Source: Octopus bimaculoides (lineage: Eukaryota). Taken from it: DNA of 38,195 nucleotides. Location of the stretch: NCBI RefSeq assembly GCF_001194135.2, contig NC_068994.1:11060183-11098377 (forward strand). The letters run 5' to 3'. A program made the position numbers and the translations under genes. Under the pieces are notes generated by a model, which worked only from the letters and a program-made list of their open reading frames with translations, made no database searches and was not told the DNA's origin. This document shows positions 23,236-35,344 of this stretch, in pieces (the first letter of the stretch is position 1; each line of letters starts with the position of its first letter).

Positions 23236-23695
23236 TACAAACAAACAAACATACATACATTCATACATACATACATACATACATACATACATACATACAT
23301 ACGTACGTACATACATAAGTATATATATCTGGGACTATAAAAATTTGCGAGACCGTCTTATGAATAGAAGGATAATGAACAAAAACGAGATGTTTTCCTT
23401 CAAAACCTTGCTACCAAGTAAGTGACCGGTCAAATTTTATTCGAAATTAAAAAGAGAAAGAAACACATACACACACACACATACATATACATACGCATAT
23501 ATCGTTGTTTGGAGCGGACAAGAAAATGTATGTACTTCCATAGAAGTGAGCTACCAGTTGATATGAATATCTCTTCGGAAATTAAAGGGAAAAGGGATGA
23601 CTGCATCAAAAGCGCCACCTGCTATAATCAGATTATATAGAAATTCAAATCATAATCAGTCCACTTGGTTTTTGTGAGTAAACAACTAATTGACG

Positions 23696-23745
23696 CAATT
23701 CTATATTTAAGAGATGAGGAATTATGTACATTATTTACCTTATTT
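23696..23745 (+). mobile_element. Isolated terminal (TIR-like) sequence of the composite element family
   Basis: caattctatatttaagagatgaggaattatgtacatta is nearly identical to the reverse complement of 12987-13023. Confidence 0.7.
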
Positions 23746-23904
23746 ACCTTGTTCTTGCGTATAACTGATAGTGACTTGGTTTCAGTTTAAAATTGATAAA
23801 TATCTTAGCGGATGAACTGAATGTCACAAAGATTCGACTTTGGTTTTTCGTAAAAATGGAATTTTGGCTTTAATCCAAACTCAGCTCACGGAAAAAAAAA
23901 AAAA

Positions 23905-23946
23905 AGGTCTCGTTTTATGTCTATCTCTCATTTCTTTCTCTCTCCT

Positions 23947-23983
<37 letters not shown>

Positions 23984-24032
23984 ATGTCTCTCTCTTTATC
24001 TCTCTCTCCCTCTCTCTCTGTCTGACTGACTA

Positions 24033-24069
<37 letters not shown>

Positions 24070-24070
24070 G
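23905..24070. repeat. (CT)n / (TCTG)n microsatellite
   Basis: Directly visible. Confidence 0.92.
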
Positions 24071-24147
24071 CATAGTTCATCCTGCCAAAAATCATAGCTG
24101 AGTTTCTCGTGTCATAGTTAAACGTTGCCTGAGAAAAGAAAAAAAAA

Positions 24148-24151
24148 GTGG

Positions 24152-24189
<38 letters not shown>

Positions 24190-24284
24190 CTGGTGGCGAT
24201 GGTGGCGGTGGTGAAGACAGCGATGCCGACGATAATCATGTTTTCCTTGAAGTTGATAATGTCAGCGACAATTACAATAATAAC

Positions 24285-24315
<31 letters not shown>

Positions 24316-24460
24316 TTGCTGCTGTTGTTGGTACTGCTGTTCCCATTGCTGACAATAATTACGATGATGATAATGATGATGATGATGATGACGATGACGA
24401 CGACAACGACGACGGCGGTGATGTTACTAATAACGGCCTATTAATGACGTAATGACGATG
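24148..24460. repeat. Compound (GAT)n/(GGT)n/(GCT)n/(GAC)n trinucleotide array
   Basis: Explains ORFs 24030-24239 and 24148-24444. Confidence 0.9.
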
Positions 24461-24671
24461 CTGGATGTATATGAGCGTGTGAAGCTTGAGTTTGCGCATG
24501 TGTTTATTTGCCTTGGAGATTTTTGCATCCAAAGGGGTTTTTTTTTAAATCCAATATTTACCCCTTTTTATTTATATCTTTCTATGCTTTGAATTCAACC
24601 GTTAAAAACAAATTATTTCCAGGTCTCTCGAAGTTTCTAAACTCATATTAGGCTAGCGTAATATATTTCAC

Positions 24672-24672
<1 letters not shown>

Positions 24673-24731
<59 letters not shown>

Positions 24732-24760
24732 GTCTGTCTATCGATCGATCGATCGATCTG
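24673..24760. repeat. (TATC)n grading into (TCTG)n and (GATC)n
   Basis: Directly visible. Confidence 0.92.
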
Positions 24761-25226
24761 TCCCTCTGTCTGTCTTCTGCCTTTCTGTCTCCCTACCTGT
24801 GTTTTTTTTTATGGCTCAGTTTTCTATTACTCGTAATATTTACACAGAAGCTTATGTGTATGTNNNNNNNNNNNNNNNNNNNNNNNNNNNNNNNNNNNNN
24901 NNNNNNNNNNNNNNNNNNNNNNNNNNNNNNNNNNNNNNNNNNNNNNNNNNNNNNNNNNNNNNNNNNNNNNNNNNNNNNNNNNNNNNNNNNNNNNNNNNNN
25001 NNNNNNNNNNNNNNNNNNNNNNNNGAGAGAGAGAGAGAGAGAGAGGCAGTGTACGTCAATGCTAATTAAACAAATGGAACACATAATAGGCTCTTAAATA
25101 GACCGGATAACAAAAATGTAATGTGTAATATTAACCACAATTTACCTCGGAGGACATCTAGATGTTTCGGAGACTAATTACTTTGTCATCCACTATTCAG
25201 GTGACGATATTTAATCGCTTAACCAT

Positions 25227-25268
<42 letters not shown>

Positions 25269-25604
25269 GATATATATATATATATATATATGACATTACG
25301 CGTGGTTGATTTATATATCGGTCAGGAACGTCTTGCGTCGAGGGAATGAAACACTGTTGCGTAATATATCATCGGGAAATAAAATCTGTCTTAAAGCGGT
25401 AGTAAAACATACACTCCCTGTACTGAACTCAAATAATTATCTATGTACCATCTATTGGCTTTGTCTCTTCAAGACGACGAAATGCGATTCAAGATAGTGG
25501 CTAGATTGAAAGCGTAGACGCCCTTTCGTTGATCAGAAATACTCTGCAGTTAGGTGTATACATGCATACATACAAGCATACGTACATACACACACATATT
25601 AATA

Positions 25605-25644
<40 letters not shown>

Positions 25645-26494
25645 NNNNNNNNNNNNNNNNNNNNNNNNNNNNNNNNNNNNNNNNNNNNNNNNNNNNNNNN
25701 NNNNNNNNNNNNNNNNNNNNNNNNNNNNNNNNNNNNNNNNNNNNNNNNNNNNNNNNNNNNNNNNNNNNNNNNNNNNNNNNNNNNNNNNNNNNNNNNNNNN
25801 NNNNNNNNNNNNNNNNNNNNNNNNNNNNNNNNNNNNNNNNNNNNNNNNNNNNNNNNNNNNNNNNNNNNNNNNNNNNNNNNNNNNNNNNNNNNNNNNNNNN
25901 NNNNNNNNNNNNNNNNNNNNNNNNNNNNNNNNNNNNNNNNNNNNNNNNNNNNNNNNNNNNNNNNNNNNNNNNNNNNNNNNNNNNNNNNNNNNNNNNNNNN
26001 NNNNNNNNNNNNNNNNNNNNNNNNNNNNNNNNNNNNNNNNNNNNNNNNNNNNNNNNNNNNNNNNNNNNNNNNNNNNNNNNNNNNNNNNNNNNNNNNNNNN
26101 NNNNNNNNNNNNNNNNNNNNNNNNNNNNNNNNNNNNNNNNNNNNNNNNNNNNNNNNNNNNNNNNNNNNNNNNNNNNNNNNNNNNNNNNNNNNNNNNNNNN
26201 NNNNNNNNNNNNNNNNNNNNNNNNNNNNNNNNNNNNNNNNNNNNNNNNNNNNNNNNNNNNNNNNNNNNNNNNNNNNNNNNNNNNNNNNNNNNNNNNNNNN
26301 NNNNNNNNNNNNNNNNNNNNNNNNNNNNNNNNNNNNNNNNNNNNNNNNNNNNNNNNNNNNNNNNNNNNNNNNNNNNNNNNNNNNNNNNNNNNNNNNNNNN
26401 NNNNNNNNNNNNNNNNNNNNNNNNNNNNNNNNNNNNNNNNNNNNNNNNNNNNNNNNNNNNNNNNNNNNNNNNNNNNNNNNNNNNNNNNNNNNNN
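25645..26494. other. Largest assembly gap (850 N); ten other gaps are listed in the summary
   Basis: N-run. Most gaps abut (TA)n, (CT)n, (GA)n or (TG)n arrays. Confidence 0.98.
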
Positions 26495-26821
26495 AGCCTG
26501 CTCGTGAAATTAACGTGCAAGTCGCTGAGCACTCCACAGACACGTGTACCCTTAGCGTAGTTCTCGGGGATATTCAGCGTGACACAGTGTGTGACAAGGC
26601 TGACCCTTTGAATTACAGGCACAACAGAAACAAGGAGTAAGAGTGAGAGAAAGTTGTGGTGAAAGAGTACAGCAGGGTTCGCCACCATCCCCTGCCGGAG
26701 CCTCGTGGAGCTTTAGGTGTTTTTGCTCAATAAACTCTCACAACACCCGGTCTGGGAATCGAAACCGCGATCCTATGACCGCGAGTCCGCTGCCCTAACC
26801 ACTGGGCCATTGCGCCTCCAC
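26495..26821 (-). mobile_element. tRNA-derived SINE family C (3' end lost in the gap)
   Basis: Highly similar reverse complement of 11018-11345. Confidence 0.92.
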
Positions 26822-28399
26822 TAATAGACCACGCAACCTCGGAAGATAATGAAACTGTTCGTTAAACGACATTTACATTTTATTGTATGTTCTGTAGTTA
26901 CATCCTTCGCGCTTAGCTGTCAAAGCTAAGACCATACTGCAGTACCGGTTATAAATACACTAATTCGTGCAGTGAAGTTTACATAAACACAACAGCGCAC
27001 CTTTAGTATTCTTTCTCATTAAGCCTCACAGCGCATGATGCAATCAATCTATTATTACACTTATGTAAATAAACGTAATGTTGCTGCGAAGATTATTTCC
27101 GGTTTGAAATGCATGTGTACAAGAGCAGGTGAATAGTAAGTTGACTATCACGATTTCCAGTTTTCTTAAGCCCTCCTAGGACTCAATATACTCTTAATAG
27201 AAGTTTAGTTGCGAATGTTTTATAAACGTTTTGTCATGTACAGAAAATGGCGTCATTCTAACGAAACGTGATCGATGCTAATAACTCTATCGCACCACGC
27301 AGTATATGACGTAACTTAGATATCATGTGTGTGTGTAAACAAGAGTTGTTTTCACAGCAAGACGAAGCATGTTTACATACACATAATAGATTACGTCTGA
27401 ATAGATGTAATTCAGAGCAGTTCATGAAAACCAATTGTAATAAGACGGGTAACATGGTCCCAGATTGCTACATATCCAGGCATTAAAAAATGAAACGAAA
27501 AAACTTGATATTGATCGGAGCCCAAGCCGATTGAAACTTGCTGCAATACTAGAATATCTGATTCTGAATTTTGATTTTTTAGTGGTTATATTTATCCCAC
27601 TTAAATCTGGATGTTCTTTGAGTACAAACTATACAGCGGTAGATGCAACTCTCATCTTGACTTTTGGTGCAAAATTCAACCTTGTTTATATCGGTAGCGG
27701 GGAGATAAATCCCCACCATCTCCAGCACCGAGGCAATCAGATCTCGTGATTTCGACCTTCCTTGGTATTGTCAATAATGGACGCTCGTTTAAGTGGGGAT
27801 AAATGTTACCTCACGGTATTAATACAACCTTTGTCACTAACATGTTTGATTTTTAGGTGCAACATTACTACCCAACACTTAGGTACTTTCAATTGAGCCT
27901 TCTCTAGGGCAAAAAGTTTCTGTGCTTAGCCCACGAGAAGTCTGCTTTGGTTATTTGTTTTCACCACCAGTCTTAAAGTATCCCATAAAACGATGGTGTC
28001 TGAGCATATTCGCTGGATATGCTAAAAATAGTAGCTGGATCTTGCTAAATTCACATCCAACTGTTGTATGTAAATAAAAAGAAAAAAAAAACATTAGATT
28101 ATATGGTTCGAAACCCCTGCACAGACGATAATGATAGAATGCCTTCATTTATAGGCCTGTTCGATTACAGCAGTCCTCAAGTTAAGAAAACAACAAAATT
28201 AGCCTCCTGAAAATATGTATAATATTTGCAAATAATTCCTCACATTACCCCTTGGATTTTTAACAATTATATTTTTTTAAATATGCACACATACATATCT
28301 GCTTTCGACATTTATGTTTTGAACACTGTTGATTCTTTTCTAATTAATAATAATCTTCGTTTGATTCTTATGTATGATGTTATGTTATATAGATTTTGT

Positions 28400-28800
28400 A
28401 TCTCCTTTTTTTTTAATCGGCTTCGTCTGGAGGAAGATGTTGTGCCCATAGCCGTCGCAGGTCCTCCGAGATCGTTACGTAATCTTCTCTCTATACCTCT
28501 ATACGTATACGGTTACATATATATCTGGTCTGTTGTTTCTCCCATTTATCGTCGTATAAACAAATATTTGTGTTTGGGTTGTTATTATCTCTTTGGCATT
28601 TCCGCTATATTTTTCGGCTAATATTTTGGCATTGATATCGTTTGGTAACAATCCAGCTTCGTGAATTAATAAATTTATGACGTCCTGCTGTGACATCCGG
28701 TGATATATCTGGCTCCTCCTTCATCAATCTTCGTAACTTTTGATTTCGTTATCTGAAATAACCTTTTGCCAGACTGCACCTACATAATCCATGCTTGAAT
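28400..28800 (-). pseudogene. Decayed ORF, possibly non-LTR retrotransposon ORF1
   Basis: One frame reads RNQKLRRLMKEEPDISPDVTAG...*...LYDDKWEKQQTRYICNRIRIEV*REDYVTISEDLRRLWAQH; other frames give YTTINGR and TCDGYGH (knuckle-like). No intact frame. Confidence 0.25.
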
Positions 28801-29449
28801 TTACGTATCTAATAGAAAAAGCTTGACTAACCAAGTATGTTTTGTCCATTCTCTAATGTATTTTCAATACACAGGAAATATTTAGTTTAATCTCAAGGGG
28901 ACTTACTCTAAACGTGCTTCAGACGTAAAATTCTCTTTGAATTTGAAACTTAAGGACAAGGGATTATCAAATATTATATTTTTCTTGAGTAGCCAAGTTT
29001 TCCATTAATGGGGAATAGGTTAAACAAGCATTTAATAGCATAAACAAATGCTGGCAGATACGATACTCAAATATCATAACATTTAACTTAATATGGCAAA
29101 TAGCATAAACTAGCATGTAACGTAATAAATTCTCACACTAATTCTCTCTATCCATCATTTTATTTCCGTCAATTACATTTTATATGTTCCTTTGCATACT
29201 ATGTGAAGCGAACTGAAATATGATTCTAAATTGATCGCAAAAAGCTTCACAAAATCATTAATAAATGCGGAAAAAACAATTACACAAAATGCCACCCTAC
29301 CTAAAGTAGAAGCATAGTCTAGACATTTTGCCATTCCTTTTCGGCATCTAAATTTTTTTAATTTTTATTTTAACATCATTCATACCAAATCTATCCTTTA
29401 TGCAAAGTACGAGATACCACACCGTCATCTATAGTAATACTGATTTCAA

Positions 29450-29632
29450 ATTTTGACACAAATCCGCCGGAAGTTTCGGAGGAGAGAGTAAGCCGATTAG
29501 ATCGACCCTAGTTTCAACTGGTAATTATTTTATCGTTCTCCGTGAGGACAAAATGCAAATTTTAACTCCGAATTTAACAGTCTCTAAGGCATTTTGTCCG
29601 GCGTGGTGACGATTTTGCCAGCTCGCCGCCTT
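29450..29632 (-). mobile_element. SINE family B, divergent
   Basis: gatcgaccc.agtttcaactggtaattattttatcg...gcattttgtccggcgtg...gccagctcgccgcctt. Confidence 0.8.
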
Positions 29633-29930
29633 ATCTTTTATAGTGATATATTAACAAGAACACTTTGAACAGTTTCGTTGCTTATCACTGAAAGAGCAGT
29701 GGTAAGCAACGAGTAACGTAGTATTCTGCTAGTCAAGAATGCTGCATTTACATCTTCAGCCAATCCGCCCCCGCCGTTATCATGTCATTTCTTTCATATA
29801 GATTTCTCTCATGTGGTGCTATTGAGCGCACCCACAGGCCTAATTTATGACATAGATGTAGTTCGTATGTCTGCAGACTGTACGGTATGGTAGCGGTAGC
29901 GCCGACGGATGCAAACGAGAGTATATCCAC

Positions 29931-30068
29931 TGAAAGTTGTTAGAAAGGATCACAAAAGTACAGCATCCAAAATTACTGCAGATCTTAATGGCAACCTCGA
30001 GAACTCAGTTTCCACAAAACTGTTCACCAGAAGCTGCACAAGTCCGGATTTCACGGGAGGGCTGCAAT
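29931..30068 (+). mobile_element. Internal Tc1 transposase fragment (same family as 1-530)
   Basis: gttagaaaggatcacaaaa...ccaaaattactgcaga.cttaatg...ggatttcacgggagggctgcaat aligns with 385-516 (KVVRKDHKSTASKITADLNGNLENSVSTK). Confidence 0.88.
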
Positions 30069-30093
30069 ATATATATATTTATATATATCTATA

Positions 30094-30310
30094 CGAGGCG
30101 GGTACTGAAAATTTCCTGGCTTTCGTAAAAGAAAATACAGGAATGTCAGTGAATTATGATTTTATTCAACATATTCCCCTCTCATAGTCTCACACCTATT
30201 ACAGCGGCCTGTCAGTTTTTCTAAGTCCTCTAAAAGAACCCGGAATCTTGGGCCTCCAGCTAGGCCTTTCGCGATAACCTTAAAGGTAAGTATTTTTCAG
30301 CACCCCCTCG
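30094..30310. mobile_element. Mariner-type MITE (about 217 bp)
   Basis: TA|CGAGGCGGGTACTGAAAA ... TTTTCAGCACCCCCTCG|TA: imperfect TIRs with a TA target duplication and no ORF. Confidence 0.8.
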
Positions 30311-31026
30311 TAATTTTGTTTGTTTCTTACTGGAAATGTACGTATGCTAGTGGAGTACAGAAAAGGTAAAGAGATGCAGAGGAGAAGAAAGGAAACGTTT
30401 GCGAAATTCCAGTGTTATCGTCTTATTTTACACCTGCGACGGCAGTTACTGATTTCCAACAATACAACACTTACTTCCACTTCTGCAACCAATTCTTCAT
30501 CTGATTCCTCAGTTGCAGATTCAGAAGCTATTTCTCCTACTGAACTATTAGCAATTCAGTAACCAAGAAACTGTGAATGTGATTTATGAACATACTTTGA
30601 CAGAGCTAGGACTATGGAACACGGAACGTAGTGCTATACAGTAGACTTCTAGATTCTCAATGGACCACAGAATTACTAAAACCACGATTGGAACGTTTTT
30701 TGAATACTTGCTATGCGTGTATGGCGAAGGAGAAAAAGCGTAGACGTGGAATTCAGCTAACTCATTATTCAAATGTAAAATGAGGAATAGCAAGTTTATA
30801 AAACGTGAATAGTTGCAACACTTACCATGGAATCGTTGGATATCTATAGCAGAAGAAAGAATATTTTTTTCGTTGCGTCAAAATTCAATGATTGGGAACG
30901 CAGTACTGTTGTTTGTGAAGCACAAAAAAATGGAGAAGAACATTGCTAATGTCAGTTGGAATATACGGTGCGTCGTTGATAAATTAGCATAATAAATAGA
31001 AAAATGGTAAAAAAGAAAAAAAGTGA

Positions 31027-31265
<239 letters not shown>

Positions 31266-31294
31266 GTATATATATATATATGTATATATATGTA

Positions 31295-31458
31295 CGACGG
31301 GCGTCCAAACAATTCTCATCTGCCAAATTCATTTACATCACAAAGTATCAGTTGACCCGGAACTAAAGAAAAAGACACTTGTTCAAGGTGCAGCGTGTAG
31401 GACTGAACCCGGAACCGCAATGTTGCAAAGCGAGTTTCTTAACCATACAGCCATGGCT
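31295..31458 (-). mobile_element. SINE family A 5' part, divergent
   Basis: gacgggc...aagacacttg..caaggtgc.gc...ggactgaacccggaacc...cttaaccatacagccat. Confidence 0.75.
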
Positions 31459-32369
31459 ACATTATTCCACTTTTCTTGTACTTGGGGTGAATGGGGTTTA
31501 AGTCGTCAAGTTAGTAAGGAAGAAAACGCCTACCCCACATTTCATTTTCCTGAGGGTTTACACAAATACAAAACTCCTAATTTGCAAATTAGTGAAGGAC
31601 TTACGGCCTTCACTGGTTCTTTTGTGTTTAATTCCCTTTTGTGACAACTGTAGTTTTTTTTACTATAACGTATGTCTCTACTTGATTGTTTAAAAATTAT
31701 TTTTTCCTTTTTGTTTGTAAATTTGCCAAAAAAAAAAAAAACATGAAAAATAAAATAAAAGCTATTTTTGTTTACAAAATTTTCGAAAACATTTTCAAGA
31801 CACTTGGGGGACGTCATGGCTGCTACTTCCTTTTTCGATATTACCTCTCAACGCTATGTCAAACGAGAAAGAAGACATCGTTAAAAATTTATAAATAAAC
31901 AAACATTTTTAAAATTAAATAAATGCTTTGAAAAACACACATTTGTTTTCTTATTTTTGTATATCTGTCCTTAAAGACAATCTGTCAATGTCTGTAAAGT
32001 CGTGGTGGTGCATTATTACAGTTGCACAACTTATACAGAAGATAATATACACTTTCGTTAACTTCTTTAATGGTGTCATTCCTGTAGCTTTCTGCTCGCT
32101 TCTCAACAACGTTATTGTCAATAACAACTGACTATAATGTTGTTCATTATAATGTTATATAATGTATAATCATATATATATAATTAATAATCGCGTGTCC
32201 TCATGTCATGCTGAGTAGAAAGTCTGGTGAGGTCAATTTTATCTTTCATCCTCGTAGTGTTGATGAAATGTCGTATGAGTAGAAATCTGCGGTTGATTTA
32301 AGTCACAATTCTGTCATAAATTTTAGGCCTTTTTGCTTAAGTGAGAAACAATAATTATTATCATCAGAA

Positions 32370-32501
32370 GTGGCGCAGGAGTGGCTGTGTGGTAAGTAGC
32401 TTGCCTACCAACCACATGGTTCCGGGTTCAGTCTCACTGCGTGGCACCTTGGGCAAGTGTCTTCTACTATAGCCTCGGGCCGACCAAAGCCTTGTGAGTG
32501 G

Positions 32502-32505
<4 letters not shown>
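32370..32505 (+). mobile_element. SINE family A 5' part, ending abruptly in (ATT)n
   Basis: gtggcgcaggagtggctgtgtggtaagtagcttgc...gcctcgggccgaccaaagccttgtgagtggattt, then (ATT)n from about 32505 to 32585. Confidence 0.9.
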
Positions 32506-32570
<65 letters not shown>

Positions 32571-32596
32571 CATCATTATTATTGTTGTTATTGTTA

Positions 32597-32798
32597 GGGC
32601 GGCGAGCTGGCAGAATCATCAGCGCATCGGTAAAAGTGCTGAGTTCAAATTCCGTTCTGAGTTCAAATTCCGTCGAATTCTACTATGCTTTTCATCCATT
32701 CGGGGTCAATAAAATAAGTACCAGTTGAGCACTGGGGACGAAGTTTACCGACTTATCTCCTTCCTCGAAATCCCTGGCCTTGTGCCAAAATTTGAAAC

Positions 32799-32800
<2 letters not shown>
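32597..32800 (+). mobile_element. SINE family B
   Basis: ggcggcgagctggcagaa...gagttcaaattccg (duplicated)...cggggtcaataaaataagtaccagttgagcactgggg...ggccttgtgccaaaatttgaaac. Confidence 0.88.
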
Positions 32801-32850
<50 letters not shown>

Positions 32851-33400
32851 GAGTGAGAGAGCAATGCATGCCATCAGAGTGACACTAGTTTTACAAAGAT
32901 AGGAGGCTAAATATACTCCTTATTACTACCCGTTTGATAAGGGTACACCAGGCACATGCATCACAACCATATGCGCATGATATAGTAATCTCATATCAAC
33001 ATAAACAGCGCATGACCGTGCTGGTGGGGCCCAGTTATAATTTTCTTCAGATCGAGTAACCCATCCCACTCAAAAAGTCCCTGAATAAGGGTTGTTTAAG
33101 GATGATGAACGAAACACACATGTTTCCAGGGGTAAATTATTCAAAACCCAAAGAATTCCTCTCAACACATGGCTATGATTCTCCGCCACTACTCCTGCTC
33201 GTGATCAGAGATGCACATATCATAAACCAGTAAGGGACATGGACAACTGGTTATGGTCAAACACTAGACAAGCAAATCTATGGTATTGAGCAGAATATTT
33301 TATGTAGCCCATCTTTTACACCAAGACAAAACATGTACATGATAAACATCCAATCAGCTAAGATTAGAAGCCATGAGAACCAGTGCCTGGTATTGCATCA
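32800..33400 (-). mobile_element. (AAT)n-tailed retroposon, about 550 bp body
   Basis: 32845-32970 is homologous to 531-660; tail (AAT)n at 32800-32850 on the minus strand. The far boundary near 33400 is inferred. Confidence 0.6.
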
Positions 33401-33406
33401 ACGTAG

Positions 33407-33760
33407 TTATTACCTCCACCTTAGCGAAGGCGGTTGTATTGTTTTCAGTCGTGTTTGTTCGTCCGTGGACAAGAGATCTCAAGAACCGTTGGATGGATTC
33501 GGATGAAACTTTCAGGGGTGTTTGGCCTCGTGACTGGCACGAAGTGATTAGATTTTTGGGATCGATCCAGTAACTGGATTATTTTTCCGTTTTTGTTTTT
33601 ACTTAATTTTTGAGAGCGGTCGGATTCATTTTTAGTATTCTCGTTCGTGAGAGCAGTCGAGTTTATTTCAGATATTCTCATTTTAATAATCATATCCGGC
33701 TAATCGTTGAGACAACGTTGGTGTTGCCTTGGCGGAGGTTTGCACTCTCTGAATGCTCTT
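33407..33760 (+). mobile_element. Helentron-associated non-autonomous element (HINE/DINE-1-like)
   Basis: Starts TTATTACCTCCACCTTAG; subterminal inverted copy CCTTGGCGGAGGT at 33727-33739; 3' hairpin GCACTC-TCT-GAATGC at 33742-33756; T-rich ends. Confidence 0.7.
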
Positions 33761-33779
33761 ATTATTATTATTACTATTA

Positions 33780-33850
<71 letters not shown>

Positions 33851-33910
33851 GCTATTGGTTTTGTTGTTGTTGTTGGTGGTGGTGTTGGTGTTGCTGTTGT
33901 TGTTTGTTGC
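33760..33910. repeat. (ATT)n grading into (GTT/GGT)n
   Basis: Directly visible. Confidence 0.92.
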
Positions 33911-34324
33911 TGACCTGTTCAGACATGTTTCTCATTTCGTCCCTCGAGGTTGGATCCTAAACAACTCTAAACTGGCATGAAAGGATAATTTTGCTTGGAT
34001 TATTTTCATACAGGAAGTTATTGCAGTATTGGAAGTCTGCCTATACAGCTTGCAGATGGATAGAAATGGGCTCTTATTAGAGAAATTATATTTTTCGCTT
34101 AACTTGTTTACAGACATGTATAAAATGACAACAACCCACAACATCCTCTAAAATCTACAATATTGAATCTGAATGCGTCTCTAAGGGTTTTAAACACAGA
34201 TGAAAAAAAAAAAGATACAATGCTTTTATAAAATCCATGTAAATTCGATAGGAAGATTTCTCTTCTGAACGGTTCTGGCAATACTTTTGGCACAGAGAAT
34301 AGAAAGAACGATAATAACAACGTA

Positions 34325-34812
34325 CACGCATACAGAATCACTCACACACACAGGAACACACATGCACACACACATGCACACACACATACATAGACACATA
34401 ACACACAAATTTACACACAAATTCACACACACATACATAAATTCACATACACACAAAAAAATTCACACATGCTCATACACACACATATTCCTCCACGCAC
34501 ACACACGCACACAGATTCGCACACCACACAGATTCACACACCACACAGATTCACACACCACACACACACATCCAAATTCACACACACACACAAATTCACA
34601 CACACACACGCACTCTCATACGTACACAAACACGCAAATTCACACACACACACACAAATTCATGCACACGCACACACAATCCCCGCCCTCCCACACACAC
34701 ATAATCATACAGACACACCACACACATAATCACACAAATCCACACACCCTCACATAATCACACACACACACAACACACACATAATCACACAAATACACAC
34801 ACAAACAGACAC
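34325..34812. repeat. Complex CA-based minisatellite with units ACACACA(A/G)ATTC and ACACATAATC
   Basis: Recurrent acacaaattcacac / cacagattcacac / acataatcacac motifs. Confidence 0.85.
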
Positions 34813-34934
34813 ACGAGCTTTGTCAAGTGAAAGTAACGATGGAAGTTTGAATATAGGACCAACTTCGTCTTTCGCCATAATAGCTTGGACGTGGAACATT
34901 AAGACGAACAGAAAACTGCATGGTAGCATCAATT

Positions 34935-35125
34935 TTCGGCCTTTTCTTGTTTCAGTCATTGGACTGCGGTCATGCTGGAGCACCGCCTTGAAAAGTTTTA
35001 GTGGAACGAATCGACACTTAGAAAAATTTTTTTTTCTACCGGTTTCTTATATGGAACCACTTAGAAACGGCGAAGTAAACAAACCAGCAACGGTTGTCAA
35101 GCAGTTATGGGAAGCAAATACACAC
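34935..35125 (-). mobile_element. SINE family A, 3' part
   Basis: cttgtttcagtcattggactgcggtcatgctggagcaccgcc...gtaaacaaaccagcaacggttgtcaagc. Confidence 0.82.
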
Positions 35126-35344
35126 ACGCATATAAATACACACATGCACACACACAAACAGATACAGACACACACAGACACACATGCACGCATACGCACA
35201 CAAACATATTATGTAATAACAGTTTGACTCGGTTCCATGTGACTTAAAGTCTCATTGGCACATTGAATGAACCTAGCTTCTCAGGCATTTGGGGATCTTG
35301 TGAGTGTGTATGTGTGTGTGTGTACATATATATGGTGTTGGTGT

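Noticed and set aside
7758-25175. Short hairpins or palindromes (7758-7780 8-bp stem, near 12370, near 25155)
   Set aside because: Within chance expectation for AT-rich DNA of this length.
1952-26688. Long ORFs of 150-360 aa in the supplied track
   Set aside because: They consist mostly of X from N-gaps plus (TA)n/(CA)n translations.
34012-34150. Plus-strand acceptor followed by a 45-codon frame EVIAVLEVCLY...
   Set aside because: No recognisable homology or convincing donor; all three frames are briefly open.
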